This document shows, in pieces, positions 13,671-24,093 of a stretch of DNA of 64,000 nucleotides. Position 1 is the first letter of the stretch, and each line of letters starts with the position of its first letter. Made by a program: the position numbers and the translations under genes. The stretch comes from Octopus sinensis (taxonomy: Eukaryota), in the NCBI RefSeq assembly GCF_006345805.1, contig NC_042999.1, positions 48,608,001 to 48,672,000 on the forward strand. The letters run 5' to 3'. The notes under the pieces were generated by a model. That model saw nothing but the letters and a program-made list of their open reading frames with translations. It did no database searches and was not told the origin of the DNA.

Positions 13671-15822
13671 GTTTACAATTCGCTTGGCAAGCAACTTAGA
13701 TTGATGTTTGTTACTGAAAACTAGAATCATGATGATGGTGGTGAAAACGATAATAGTGATTGAGGTGGGTTGTTGAAAATTGTAGTTTTTTTTATTAAAC
13801 TTAATTTTTTTATCACCTGCATTAGAGCATTTATATTATCGTGTGTACGTCACATTCGACTTTGCTTTGCATTTTACAGAAGTTGCGGTCAATTGGTCAT
13901 TGGATACAGGACGATTCCTAACAATGTGCCTTGAAGCAGTTTGCTACGTCTCTTATACATACTAATTTAAAATATTCATTAGTATTATCCATACGCCGTT
14001 TCTAACTATTTGTGAAATTTTGCCAATATAAGAAACCAGCCTTGTACCTTATAACGGCATATCGATATTTACTCAACAAAAGATTTAAAAGAGAATTTAA
14101 AAACTCTTTTGTGTGGTAATGAAATGTTACATTTTGTGATTATTTCAATGTTTCAAGCTTTACAGTTTATAATTTAAAAAACTAAGATCATACTTAGTGT
14201 TATTCATTATCGATTTCAGAACACTTGGTAGATTACATTTTGTGTATAACATTGACAATGTTTGTATTTTGCCTACGGACAACGGGTAATTTAACCTAAT
14301 TACCGAATGTGCGTATATGAGTTACAAGAATGTAACTGGATTTATGTATGAAATAATATATATATATAAGAATGATATTTCTTCTACGAAATATAAATAT
14401 ATATTCATTTTAATATTCCCATTGAAATCGTACGTTACATAAGGCCGAATATGAAACATTTCTTCTTTTACTAATTATGAACAGGATATTAAATACTGCT
14501 GGTACCGTTCCTCCTCAGGAAGAGACAAATATACGTTTATCAAATATATAGTTGAGACCGAAAGTTTAGAATATTAGTTTATCATTTATGCCAAACCAAA
14601 CAGTCAGCCATATGATATTGCTAAAATTTCAAACTCCATATTAAATATATTCACATACCTTTCTGATATATGTAACGGTTACAAATTTTTGGATTGTTAT
14701 TTAGGTCAATACAAGATGAGATTTCATTGTGTATCACGAAGTAGCTGACATGAAATTATCTGAGACGATGGGGTGTTTAGGTGAGTGCGAGTAAAAAACG
14801 CCTCGGTCCAAAAATCGGAAACTCACGTTAACGTTCTTAAATCCAGTAGGGCAATCACCGTACTACACTCTACCACTCGAAAAGAAAACTCAAATGAAAG
14901 TGCACCAAAACTTATTCCTGATTATTTCGCGTGCTGTACTGACTCCCCCCCACATCAATAAAGAATGAACTTTATTATTTAATTCATTCTTAGAGACTAA
15001 AATACGTTACAATAAATAAATGATATTATTTCCGTCTCTAGTTCAAATTGCAATTAAAGGCAAGACATTATTGCAAGGCGTGATTTATTCACTGCTCTGG
15101 TGTTAGGTTAATAATGTATAAACATGTATGTTTTTCACCTTTGACAATTATGTAGAAGCCTATTTGATCCGAAATTTACCGTACGATAAGGCTAAACGAT
15201 ATTATATACATTATGTATACAATTCGCTTTCACAAAATTGCCCTCTTGTAACACACTTCTTTCTATGATAAGCATCTGTATGTCTCGGATTAATAAACGA
15301 GTTTAATGGTACAAGCTTAAACAGCTGGAAATTAAGGATAAAGATGACATGAAAACTATATAACTTATTTAATTTAAGGAGTTCCGATAAAGGCAATCTA
15401 AAATGATTTAATCTTATATCATAATTTAGTATGCATCCGGATGATATGATTAATGTCTCCATGACAAATAGGTGCCTGAGAATTTTGTGTAATAGAATGA
15501 GGTTAGGATCTGAATATAAAAGAAAATTAAATTACCTTGAATAACGGTATCTTAAATAATGATAGTACATATATTCTAAAATCAATAAGATTTATAGAAG
15601 GTAACCAAATGACAGATTTACAGATATAGTCATTAATTTGATGATCTCTGAACTTTGTGGAGGTCCCTACATGGCAAGCTGATTAAAAAGACCAGGACTA
15701 GAAACCGAAAATATTCCTTTTTGTATGCGTATGTATAGCTTTTGATAGATACGCATGCTTATGACTATAAACTAAATGCCTTCTCATGATATACTGTATT
15801 TCTTTTCAATTATGTCTAGTAT

Positions 15823-16140
15823 GGTGAAGGCGCATGACTCAGTGGTTAGAGCAGCGAGCTTACGATCGTAAGAATGTGAGTTCGATTCCCAGACCGGGCT
15901 GTGTATCGTTTTCTTGAACAAGACACTTCATTTCACGTTGCTCCAGTTCACTCAGCTGTAGAAATGAGTTGCGACATTACTGGTGCCAAACTGTATTGGC
16001 CCCTTTGCCTTTCCCTTGCATAACATCAGTGGTGTGGAGAGGGAAGGCTGGTATGCATGGGCGACTACAGATAAACAACCTTGCCCGGATTCTTGTCACG
16101 GAGAGTAACTTTCTAGGTGCAATCTTATGGTCATTCATTA
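15823..16140 (+). mobile_element. tRNA-headed SINE
   Basis: A/B-box-like head GCGCATGACTCAGTGGTTAGAGC...GAGTTCGATTCC, followed by the shared core TTCACGTTGCTCCAGTTCACTCAGCTG. Confidence 0.75.
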
Positions 16141-17008
16141 TATCTATTATGAATGGTTTAAAATAAACAACGGTGTCAGGTTAATTATAAATAGAGCACT
16201 AATACTTAAAAGCCACGTCATTACGTCACACGATTTACGAAGATAATACTTGTTCCTCACCTCTCTGAAATCTATTCTCACCTCGGTCGCGAGTTGAGTC
16301 TCGTGTAAAACCTCTAAAGACAATACATATTAAGTTCTCTTTTTGTAATTTATACGGAAAAAAGGGATTTCATATATGAACTTCACACACACATCTATAT
16401 ATCTATCTATCTATCTATCTATTTATCTACATGTACGTATATATATATAAATATATATATATAAAAAGAGAGAAAAGGTACACAATTACAACTACACACA
16501 ACAGGACATTAACAACAAGTGTCTTTCGACTGAGCACGAATTAAATTAAGCTGGCGTGCGTGAAAGTGAAGCCTTACGGCAGTATCATACCGGATGAAGG
16601 TCATGGGAAGGAATTTAAGAGATACCATACAGATGGTAGTCGAATCAAAAAGGAAAGGTCAGGCTTGGTAAAAAAATTAGGGAAGGACGAGAAAGAGAAA
16701 AATATAGGAAAGGGAGAGAGTGAGTAAATGAGGGGTGATAGTGATGAGAACGAAGGGCACGCCAAGAAATGTGAGAGATGGTGCGAGCGAGAAAAAGAAA
16801 GAAAAGTGATATGAACGAAGGAAGTGTGAAATGAAAGAGTAAAACTGTCGTACAGAATTTATATATATATATATATATGTACTTATATACAGAAAAAGAT
16901 TGTACGTACGCCGTTATGTGTATATATTTAAAAAAAACAAAAAAAGGGGACAAGAACGTAACAGGCAACAACAAAACATTCGGACGGTTAGACGATACAA
17001 AAGGGCTG

Positions 17009-17047
<39 letters not shown>

Positions 17048-17124
17048 TGCAGCGTGGAAGGTGTTTGTAAGCCATTTAAGAAACACACGAAAGCCGTTCG
17101 ATTCACTTCAACATTTAAGTTTAA

Positions 17125-17174
17125 TTTGTCAAAATATTTTCGTCGCTAAAATCCGCGACCTGTTCACTGACAAA
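17125..17174 (-). ncRNA. Minimal type I hammerhead-like motif with a G3-C8 swapped core (left palindrome arm)
   Basis: Minus strand: TTTGTCA GTGAACA G GTCGC ggatttta GCGAC GAAA ATAT TT TGACAAA. 7-bp stem I, 5-bp stem II, palindromic AATATT in place of stem III. Confidence 0.65.
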
Positions 17175-17183
17175 AATCCGATT

Positions 17184-17233
17184 TTTGTCAGTGAACAGGT
17201 CGCGGATTTTAGCGACGAAAGTATTTTGACAAA
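17184..17233 (+). ncRNA. Minimal type I hammerhead-like motif with a G3-C8 swapped core (right palindrome arm)
   Basis: TTTGTCA GTGAACA G GTCGC ggatttta GCGAC GAAA GTAT TT TGACAAA. Confidence 0.6.
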
Positions 17234-17309
17234 TTAAACTTAAATGTTGAAGTGAATAGAACGGCTTTTGTGTGTTTCTTAAATGGCTTACAAACACCTT
17301 CCACGCTGC

Positions 17310-17356
<47 letters not shown>

Positions 17357-17873
17357 TGCAGCCCTTTTGTATCGTCTAACCGTCCGAATGTTTTGTTGTT
17401 GCCTGTTACGTTCTTGTCCTCTGTTTCTGTTTTTTTAAATATATACACATAACGGCGTACGTACAATCTTTTTCTGTATATAAGTACATATATATATATA
17501 TAAATTCTGTACGACAGTTTTACTCTTTCATTTCACACTTCCTTCGTTCATATCACTTTTCTTTCTTTTTCTCGCTCGCACCATCTCTCACATTTCTTGG
17601 CGTGCCCTTCGTTCTCATCACTATCACCCCTCAGTTACTCACTCTCTCCCTTTCCTATATTTTTCTCTTTCTCGTCCTTCCCTAATTTTTTTACCAAGCC
17701 TGACCTTTCCTTTTTGATTCGACTACCATCTGTATGGTATCTCTTAAATTCCTTCCCATGACCTTCATCCGGTATGATACTGCCGTAAGGCTTCACTTTA
17801 GCAGGAGAGCAAACATTGAGGCAAGGCAAACATTTCAAGTCGAATATTATATTATTATAGGAAGAAATTCAAA

Positions 17874-17929
17874 ATCTTACAGCTGTTTTAGGAATATCCC
17901 CGAATATGGAATATTCTGTCATCGGAGAC
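17874..17929 (-). ncRNA. Degenerate PLE-type minimal hammerhead motif
   Basis: Minus strand: gTCT CCGATGA ca GAATATTCC atattcg GGGATATTC ct AAAAC AGCT GTA AGAt. Stems I and II pair, the ACAGCTGT palindrome forms stem III, and the triplet is GUA, but the core is mutated at U4 and G12. Confidence 0.5.
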
Positions 17930-18078
17930 AAATAGGGAAAGAATAGGGAAAAATGAGAATGGTATATATTAATAAGATGACGGCATAGAGGAAGGGAGTG
18001 AAAGAATAAAGAGACGAAAAGAAAGAAGAAAAAAGAAGCATAACGGTTCATAGTTCAACTTTCCGAATTTATAGAAAC

Positions 18079-18268
18079 CAGCGGTATTTCGTCTGCCGTT
18101 ACGTTGTGAGTTCAAATTCCACCTAGGTCGACTTTGCCTTTCATCCTTTCGGGGTCGCTAAATTAAGTACCAGTTACGCACTGGGGTCTATGTAATCGAC
18201 TTAATACCGTTGTCTGTCCTTGTTTGTCCCCTCTATGTTTAGCCCCTTGCGGGTAATAAAGAAATAGT
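18079..18268 (+). mobile_element. SINE fragment (family B)
   Basis: GAGTTCAAATTCCACCTAGGTCGACTTTGCCTTTCATCCTTTCGGGGTCG. Related copies lie at ~26.7, 45.4, 50.3 and 59.4 kb. Confidence 0.75.
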
Positions 18269-18269
18269 T

Positions 18270-19110
18270 ATTAAGTGGTGAAAATAAAGAAAAACAATAG
18301 AAAGAAAGGTTGAAAGAGTGAGTGGGTAATAAAAGTAAATGCATAGCTGTATGGTGTCGAAGCATTGAGTACGGGGTAGCCGGGAAGATAAGTGAGAGGA
18401 GACGAGAGGGGAGGGGATAAGATAAGAGAGAGGAAGATAGGGTAAGAAAAATAGAGCAAGATCAAAGGAAATTAAAAAGAGTGGCAGATGCCTGGAAGTT
18501 CTTAAAGTCTAAAATTGTTGGGGAGGAAATTTAGTAGTAATTACTTGAATCCGTTCTGGCTAAGATCAGTGGCTGTAGAGCTATTTTTCGCAATGGAGCT
18601 ATGGGTATTTATGTACTTGAGAAAGGATGAGCTAGTTAAATGTTAAATTGTTTATGTGTGGGAGTTAGAGTTATGGGATTTATATTAGGGGACTTATTGG
18701 GTTAAGGTTTAACAATAAATTAAGGATGAACTAAAGAATTAATATCTATCTTATAGTGAGTTTGCGTATGGTTTGCAGAAATGAGGTAAAACATAAGGTA
18801 GAAATAAGAGTTATAGAGATATAGAAGGGGTATGTGTTAATGATCATAAGGGTTTGTATATGTGTGTTATTCATGCGGGGTGGGGTGACGTTACATTTAG
18901 GTTTATGAAACAATTTACAAATGCGGAAGAATTTATGCTTATACCTAGTGAAGCCCTCGCTTTATTTATAAAGCAATTGTGTTGGGGTGTAGGTTAGAAT
19001 TATGAGGGCTTCTTTTAAGAAAAATCCATAACGGGAGTGTAGGCTCTGATATAGGGTAGACAAATATGTTATATCCCAGGTAAATTTATAGTGTATTTTG
19101 TATTAATTAG
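18270..19110 (-). mobile_element. Heavily decayed probable Penelope-like element body
   Basis: Fragmentary translations (SNLHPNT.., KYINTHSSIAK..) weakly resemble the PLE thumb/endonuclease regions. It is flanked by oppositely oriented HHR-bearing repeats at 17.8-17.93 and 19.13-19.26 kb. Confidence 0.35.
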
Positions 19111-19129
19111 ATCGTGTGCGTGACTGGCT

Positions 19130-19260
19130 AGTGATGTTGAATGCGGAATACCCAATATTCGAGTATAACCCAGAAACAGCTGTAACATTTTGAATTTCTT
19201 CCTATAATAATATTTTATGTAACTTATGATGTTTGCCTTGCTTTAACGTTTGCGTCCTGT
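19130..19260 (+). repeat. Diverged inverted counterpart of 17800-17930, including a degenerate HHR half
   Basis: GAAACAGCTGTAACATTTTGAATTTCTTCCTATAATAATAT...ATGTTTGCCTTGC matches the minus strand of 17.80-17.90 kb. Confidence 0.7.
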
Positions 19261-19403
19261 TTAACAATTATATATACCGCTGCATTAGAAATCTGTAATG
19301 GCTCTATTACTACTGTCTCGGCTATAACCTTGGAGCCCAGTAATCAGTTACAGCACTTACCTGGCGTACATAATCGTTTAGATCACCTGTGATATATATA
19401 TAT

Positions 19404-19434
<31 letters not shown>

Positions 19435-19533
19435 CCACATTACTGTATGGTTAACACCATATAGTTTTCTGGTGCATCTAAGTTAAGTACCACATTCAAG
19501 TAAATTCATTGGAATTGACTTGAATCTTAATTG

Positions 19534-19584
<51 letters not shown>

Positions 19585-19809
19585 TTATTTAATCAATTTA
19601 GGGTAGCAAAAAATTCAATAGGAATTTATCGCTACCAGCGGCCTAGTGGAAAAGAGAAAATAGTCAAAGACTAAAATATATAAATATAACAATTTAGGAG
19701 TGGCCTTAACAGGCCATTCGTCCACTAGAGAGAGCAGCCAGAACTCAAACCGCCAAGCAGTATTAATTCAGAAATTAGGTGAAAATTTAAAAACATTTAC
19801 CCTAATTCA

Positions 19810-19911
19810 TCTTTTAGACGATGCATCGTTTCTGTGTTGTTAAATGATAAACTAGCTTAATTAAATTAAATTAAGCTAATCTACCATAGGTCACACTTCA
19901 TCAGAAAAAGA
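19810..19911 (-). ncRNA. Type I hammerhead ribozyme, unit 1
   Basis: Minus strand: ATCTTTTt CTGATGA a GTGT ...long stem II... ACAC a GAAA CGA TGCA TCG TC | tAAAAGAT. Complete core with a GUC triplet; predicted cut between 19817 and 19816. Confidence 0.85.
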
Positions 19912-20281
19912 TCTAGCAGAGACAAATATACACGAGGCGTCTGTATCAATGCCTCCGGAATATCTGTCTTAAAATTTTCAAGACCAACGTGTTCGCGCCA
20001 ACCCATCAGCAGTAAATATAAAGTGCCGATTCAATCTCAGAATTAGTCAGAAAATTATCAATTAATCAATTTAGGGTAGCAAAAAATTCAATAGAAATTT
20101 ATCGCTACCAGCGGCCTAGTGGAAAAGAGAAAATAGTCAAAGACTAAAATATATAAATATAACAATTTAGGAGTGGCCTTAACAGGCCATTCGTCCACTA
20201 GAGAGAGCAGCCAGAACTCAAACCGCCAAGCAGTTTTAATTCAGAAATTAGGTGAAAATTAAAAACATTTACCCTAATTCA

Positions 20282-20383
20282 TCTTTTAGACGATGCATCG
20301 TTTCTGTGTTGTTAAATGATAAACTAGCTTAATTAAATTAAATTAAGCTAATCTACCATAGGTCACACTTCATCAGAAAAAGA
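20282..20383 (-). ncRNA. Type I hammerhead ribozyme, unit 2
   Basis: Same motif as unit 1; predicted cut between 20289 and 20288. Confidence 0.85.
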
Positions 20384-20753
20384 TCTAGCAGAGACAAATA
20401 TACACGAGGCGTCTGTATCAATGCCTCCGGAATATCTGTCTTAAAATTTTCAAGACCAACGTGTTCGCGCCAACCCATCAGCAGTAAATATAAAGTGCCG
20501 ATTCAATCTCAGAATTAGTCAGAAAATTATCAATTAATCATTTAGGGTAGCAAAAAATTCAATAGAAATTTATCGCTACCAGCGGCCTAGTGGAAAAGAG
20601 AAAATAGTCAAAGACTAAAATATATAAATATAACAATTTAGGAGTGGCCTTAACAGGCCATTCGTCCACTAGAGAGAGCAGCCAGAACTCAAACCGCCAA
20701 GCAGTTTTAATTCAGAAATTAGGTGAAAATTTAAAAACATTTACCCTAATTCA

Positions 20754-20855
20754 TCTTTTAGACGATGCATCGTTTCTGTGTTGTTAAATGATAAACTAGC
20801 TTAATTAAATTAAATTAAGCTAATCTACCATAGGTCACACTTCATCAGTAAAAGA
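20754..20855 (-). ncRNA. Type I hammerhead ribozyme, unit 3 (fully paired stem I)
   Basis: gTCTTTTA CTGATGA ... GAAA CGATGCATCG TC | TAAAAGAt; predicted cut between 20761 and 20760. Confidence 0.88.
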
Positions 20856-21031
20856 CCTAGGAGAGACAAATATACACGAGGCGTCTGTATCAATGCCTCC
20901 GGAATATCTGTCTTAAAATTTTCAAGACCAGCGTGTACGCGCCAACCCATCAGCAGTAAATATAAACTGCCGATTCAATCTCAGAATTAGTCAGAAAATT
21001 ATCAATTAATTTATATATTTATATATTTATA

Positions 21032-21471
21032 TATTTATATATTTTAGTCTTTGACTATTTTCTCTTTTCCACTAGGCCGCTGGTAGCGATAAATTTCTAT
21101 TGAATTTTTTGCTACCCTAAATTGATTAATTGATAATTTTCTGACTACTTCTGAGATTGAATCGGCAGGTTATATTTACTGCTGATGGGTTGGCGCGAAC
21201 ACGCTGGTCTTGAAAATTTTAAGACAGATATTCCGGAGGCATTGATACAGACGCCTCGTGTATATTTGTCTCTCCTAGGTCTTTTACTGATGAAGTGTGA
21301 CCTATGGTAGATTAGCTTAATTTAATTTAATTAAGCTAGTTTATCATTTAACAACACAGAAAGATGAATTAGGGTAAATGTTTTTAAATTAATACTGCTT
21401 GGCGATTTGAGTTCTGGCTGCTCTCTCTAGTGGACGAATGGCCTGTTAAGGCCACTCCTAAATTGTTATAT
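21032..21471 (+). repeat. Inverted, circularly permuted fourth copy of the 472-bp unit with the HHR cleavage site deleted
   Basis: Reverse complement of the unit, opened at the TA-rich GACTAAAATATATAAATATAAC segment. CTGATGA (21288) is present, but ACACAGAAA joins directly to GATGAATTAGG (17-nt deletion). A second ~19-nt deletion lies near 21390. Confidence 0.9.
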
Positions 21472-21481
21472 ATATATATAT

Positions 21482-21599
<118 letters not shown>

Positions 21600-22825
21600 G
21601 TATGTATTTATGCATATATATATGCATTGATATATATATGCGTATCTACATGTGTATATCTTTGAGCGGAATTGGTGACAATTACTGACATGTACATTTC
21701 GGTTCGTTATATCTCTGCGACTAGAATGCTAGTGGGAATGGCATATCAAATTTTTAATATGGAATATATTCTTCGTAAATTTTGTTACGAAAATTCGTAC
21801 CATATAGTCAAAGAAAATTGTAACGCTATAAACACGAAATCTTGCGAGAAAGTATTCGATTCCCAATTTTCCTCTTGAATAATTCACATCAGGATTGTAT
21901 CTTTATCAATTTAGAATTTACGTGTATTTGTTCTATTTTTCTCCCAAAAGAAATGCAAAATGTATACGAAATCTCCCTTGAGATTTATGTAGAATATTGT
22001 AGCCAAATTACACCAAACTATCGCTATTAATTGATCTAATGTCCACAGATATCACGTACATTGAACAAATAATTCATCTTATTAACAAAAAAGCCGGACA
22101 CATGGCTATGCGCAGTAGAACATCCGCTGACTAAAACTTCAACACATAACTTCAAACGTCGACGCGTAAACATATTTATGTGCTATGCGTTAGAAAGAAT
22201 TTGTCTACGATATCTAAAAGAAACTCGAAGTACATCGACGCTCACAGACGCACACACATTAAATGCATCTATATATGTGTAGTATGTGTGCTTTTGGCAT
22301 GGTTGTGTGCTTTTGGCATGGTTGTGTGTGAGCATATTTAGAATGGTGATACTCTTTGAGTAACTAATCTGTTTTATCGTTAACTTATTGAAGAGAGAAG
22401 AAATAGAAGAAAAAATATAATTCTCTAAAAGAAAGATTATAAACTTTGTGAAAGGTTTCACTTAACAGGATCAGTGTATTTCATCCACATTGAATCTCTC
22501 AGAAATGGCTGTTATTAGAATCCATATCGACGCAGCTGCAAAGATCTGAGCAAAGGTTAATGTAAGTTTATATCCAATTACAATACTAAAACTCTTTGAA
22601 GAATTACACAGACATTTAATATCATGTATATTTGATCAATATTGATTTTGCGTTCAATTTCTAAATTTACTTACCGGGGATACTAGTTTGCAAAATCATT
22701 TAACCCAAATAAGTTTGCAAACAACCGTGTATATAACGCTAAAATACAAACAAATGTCAGTGTAGCTTAAGAAACAAAGGTCACATGGATTTTTCCAAGT
22801 TGCCTGATCAGGATTTGTGTGTTTG

Positions 22826-22859
<34 letters not shown>

Positions 22860-22874
22860 AATTTAATATTTCTG

Positions 22875-22952
<78 letters not shown>

Positions 22953-23197
22953 AATAGCAGAAATACCTGGCCCGGCTCTGGAATAAGTTGGCATAGTATA
23001 TTATTGGTGTAGTTCTTTCGGTCACATAATTACGACCATGCTGGAGCACCGCCGTTGATCGGGCAAATTGACCACAAAATTCATTCTTTGTAAGCCTAGT
23101 ACTTATTCTATCAGCGTCAAGCAATGTTGGGGGTACAAACACAGACACAGAATATATATGTGTATATATTATATATATATATACACATATATATCCA

Positions 23198-23246
<49 letters not shown>

Positions 23247-23277
23247 ATAATATATATACGTATATATCCACTTATAT

Positions 23278-23336
<59 letters not shown>

Positions 23337-23359
23337 TGCACGCATGTATAGTTATTTGT

Positions 23360-23750
23360 TTCTGTCATTTGAGTGTGGCCATGCTGGAGCACCGCCTTTT
23401 ATTTGGAGAAATCGACGCCTAGACAAATTCTGTGTAAGTCGGGTGCGTATTCTATCAATGTATTCTTCCGAACCAATGAGTTACATTGATGTAAACACGC
23501 AAACATCGATAAATATGCGATGGTGGCTGGAACAAACAGAGACACAAATACACGCACATACATGTATATATAAATATATATACTAATAGGACCCACTGCT
23601 TTCAGTTTCTGTCAGCCAAATCCACTGACATGACTTGGGTCGACCCAAGGCTATAGTAGATGACACTTGCACAAGTTGACAAGTGGTGAGACTCAAAGCA
23701 GAACCATGTAGTTGGGAAGCAAGCTTCTTAGCACACAACTACTCCCACGC
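23360..23750 (-). mobile_element. tRNA-headed SINE (family A); an additional partial copy lies at ~23020-23150
   Basis: GGCCATGCTGGAGCACCGCC...AAATCGAC body and ...ACTACTCCCACGCCT head, homologous to 13010-13670. Confidence 0.75.
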
Positions 23751-24093
23751 CTATAAATATCTATATCTACCTATCTATCTATCTTTACACACATATATAT
23801 ATATACCTGCACATGAAAATTCATACATAAAGATATGTATATATATATATATTAATAGTTATCGCCAAGCTAATATGGTAGTCTATAAATATAAAACTAA
23901 AGCTGCAGCTGATTAGCTCCAAGAGGACATAGCCACTAGCTAGCTATATGACACATGAACCTGCGTCCATTATAACCTTCGAAATTTTAATATTTCTATT
24001 ATATATATGTATATATATATATGTGACCTCGTGAAGACTACCTGCAATTTTTTTTTCCTCTGTCCTCCCGTCTCGGGATCTTTCTTTCTCCTA

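Larger units (their letters stand above)
16563..17799. repeat. ~1.24-kb near-perfect palindrome (arms ~617 bp, 1-nt loop at 17179)
   Basis: Apex ...CACTGACAAAAATC-C-GATTTTTGTCAGTG.... The arms match out to AAAGTGAAG (16563) and CTTCACTTT (17799), with only a few substitutions and (TA)n length differences. Confidence 0.95.
19591..21007 (-). repeat. Tandem array of three ~472-bp non-coding units, each with a hammerhead ribozyme (retrozyme-like)
   Basis: Units start at 19591, 20064 and 20536 (AATCAATTTAGGGTAGC) and are nearly identical, with diagnostic substitutions in unit 3. No ORF of 60 aa or more in the supplied track. Confidence 0.95.

Noticed and set aside
15823-15900. tRNA genes at SINE heads (also 13.6, 36.5, 49.8 and 52.4 kb)
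   Set aside because: Only A/B-box-like remnants continuing into shared SINE bodies; no complete cloverleaf.
16585-16650. CCGGATGAAGG...TACCAT/ATGGTA hairpin as another ribozyme
   Set aside because: Core and GAAA are both non-matching, and the helices are not in HHR order.
19591-21007. CRISPR array or simple satellite interpretation; Pol III (SINE) interpretation
   Set aside because: The units have no repeat-spacer structure. A/B-box matches are weak, and T-runs on both strands would terminate Pol III. The conserved HHR explains the unit better.
19591-21471. Pure assembly artefact
   Set aside because: The copies carry distinct substitutions and deletions, and an independent diverged homologue exists at 57.8 kb. 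Long-read confirmation is still desirable.
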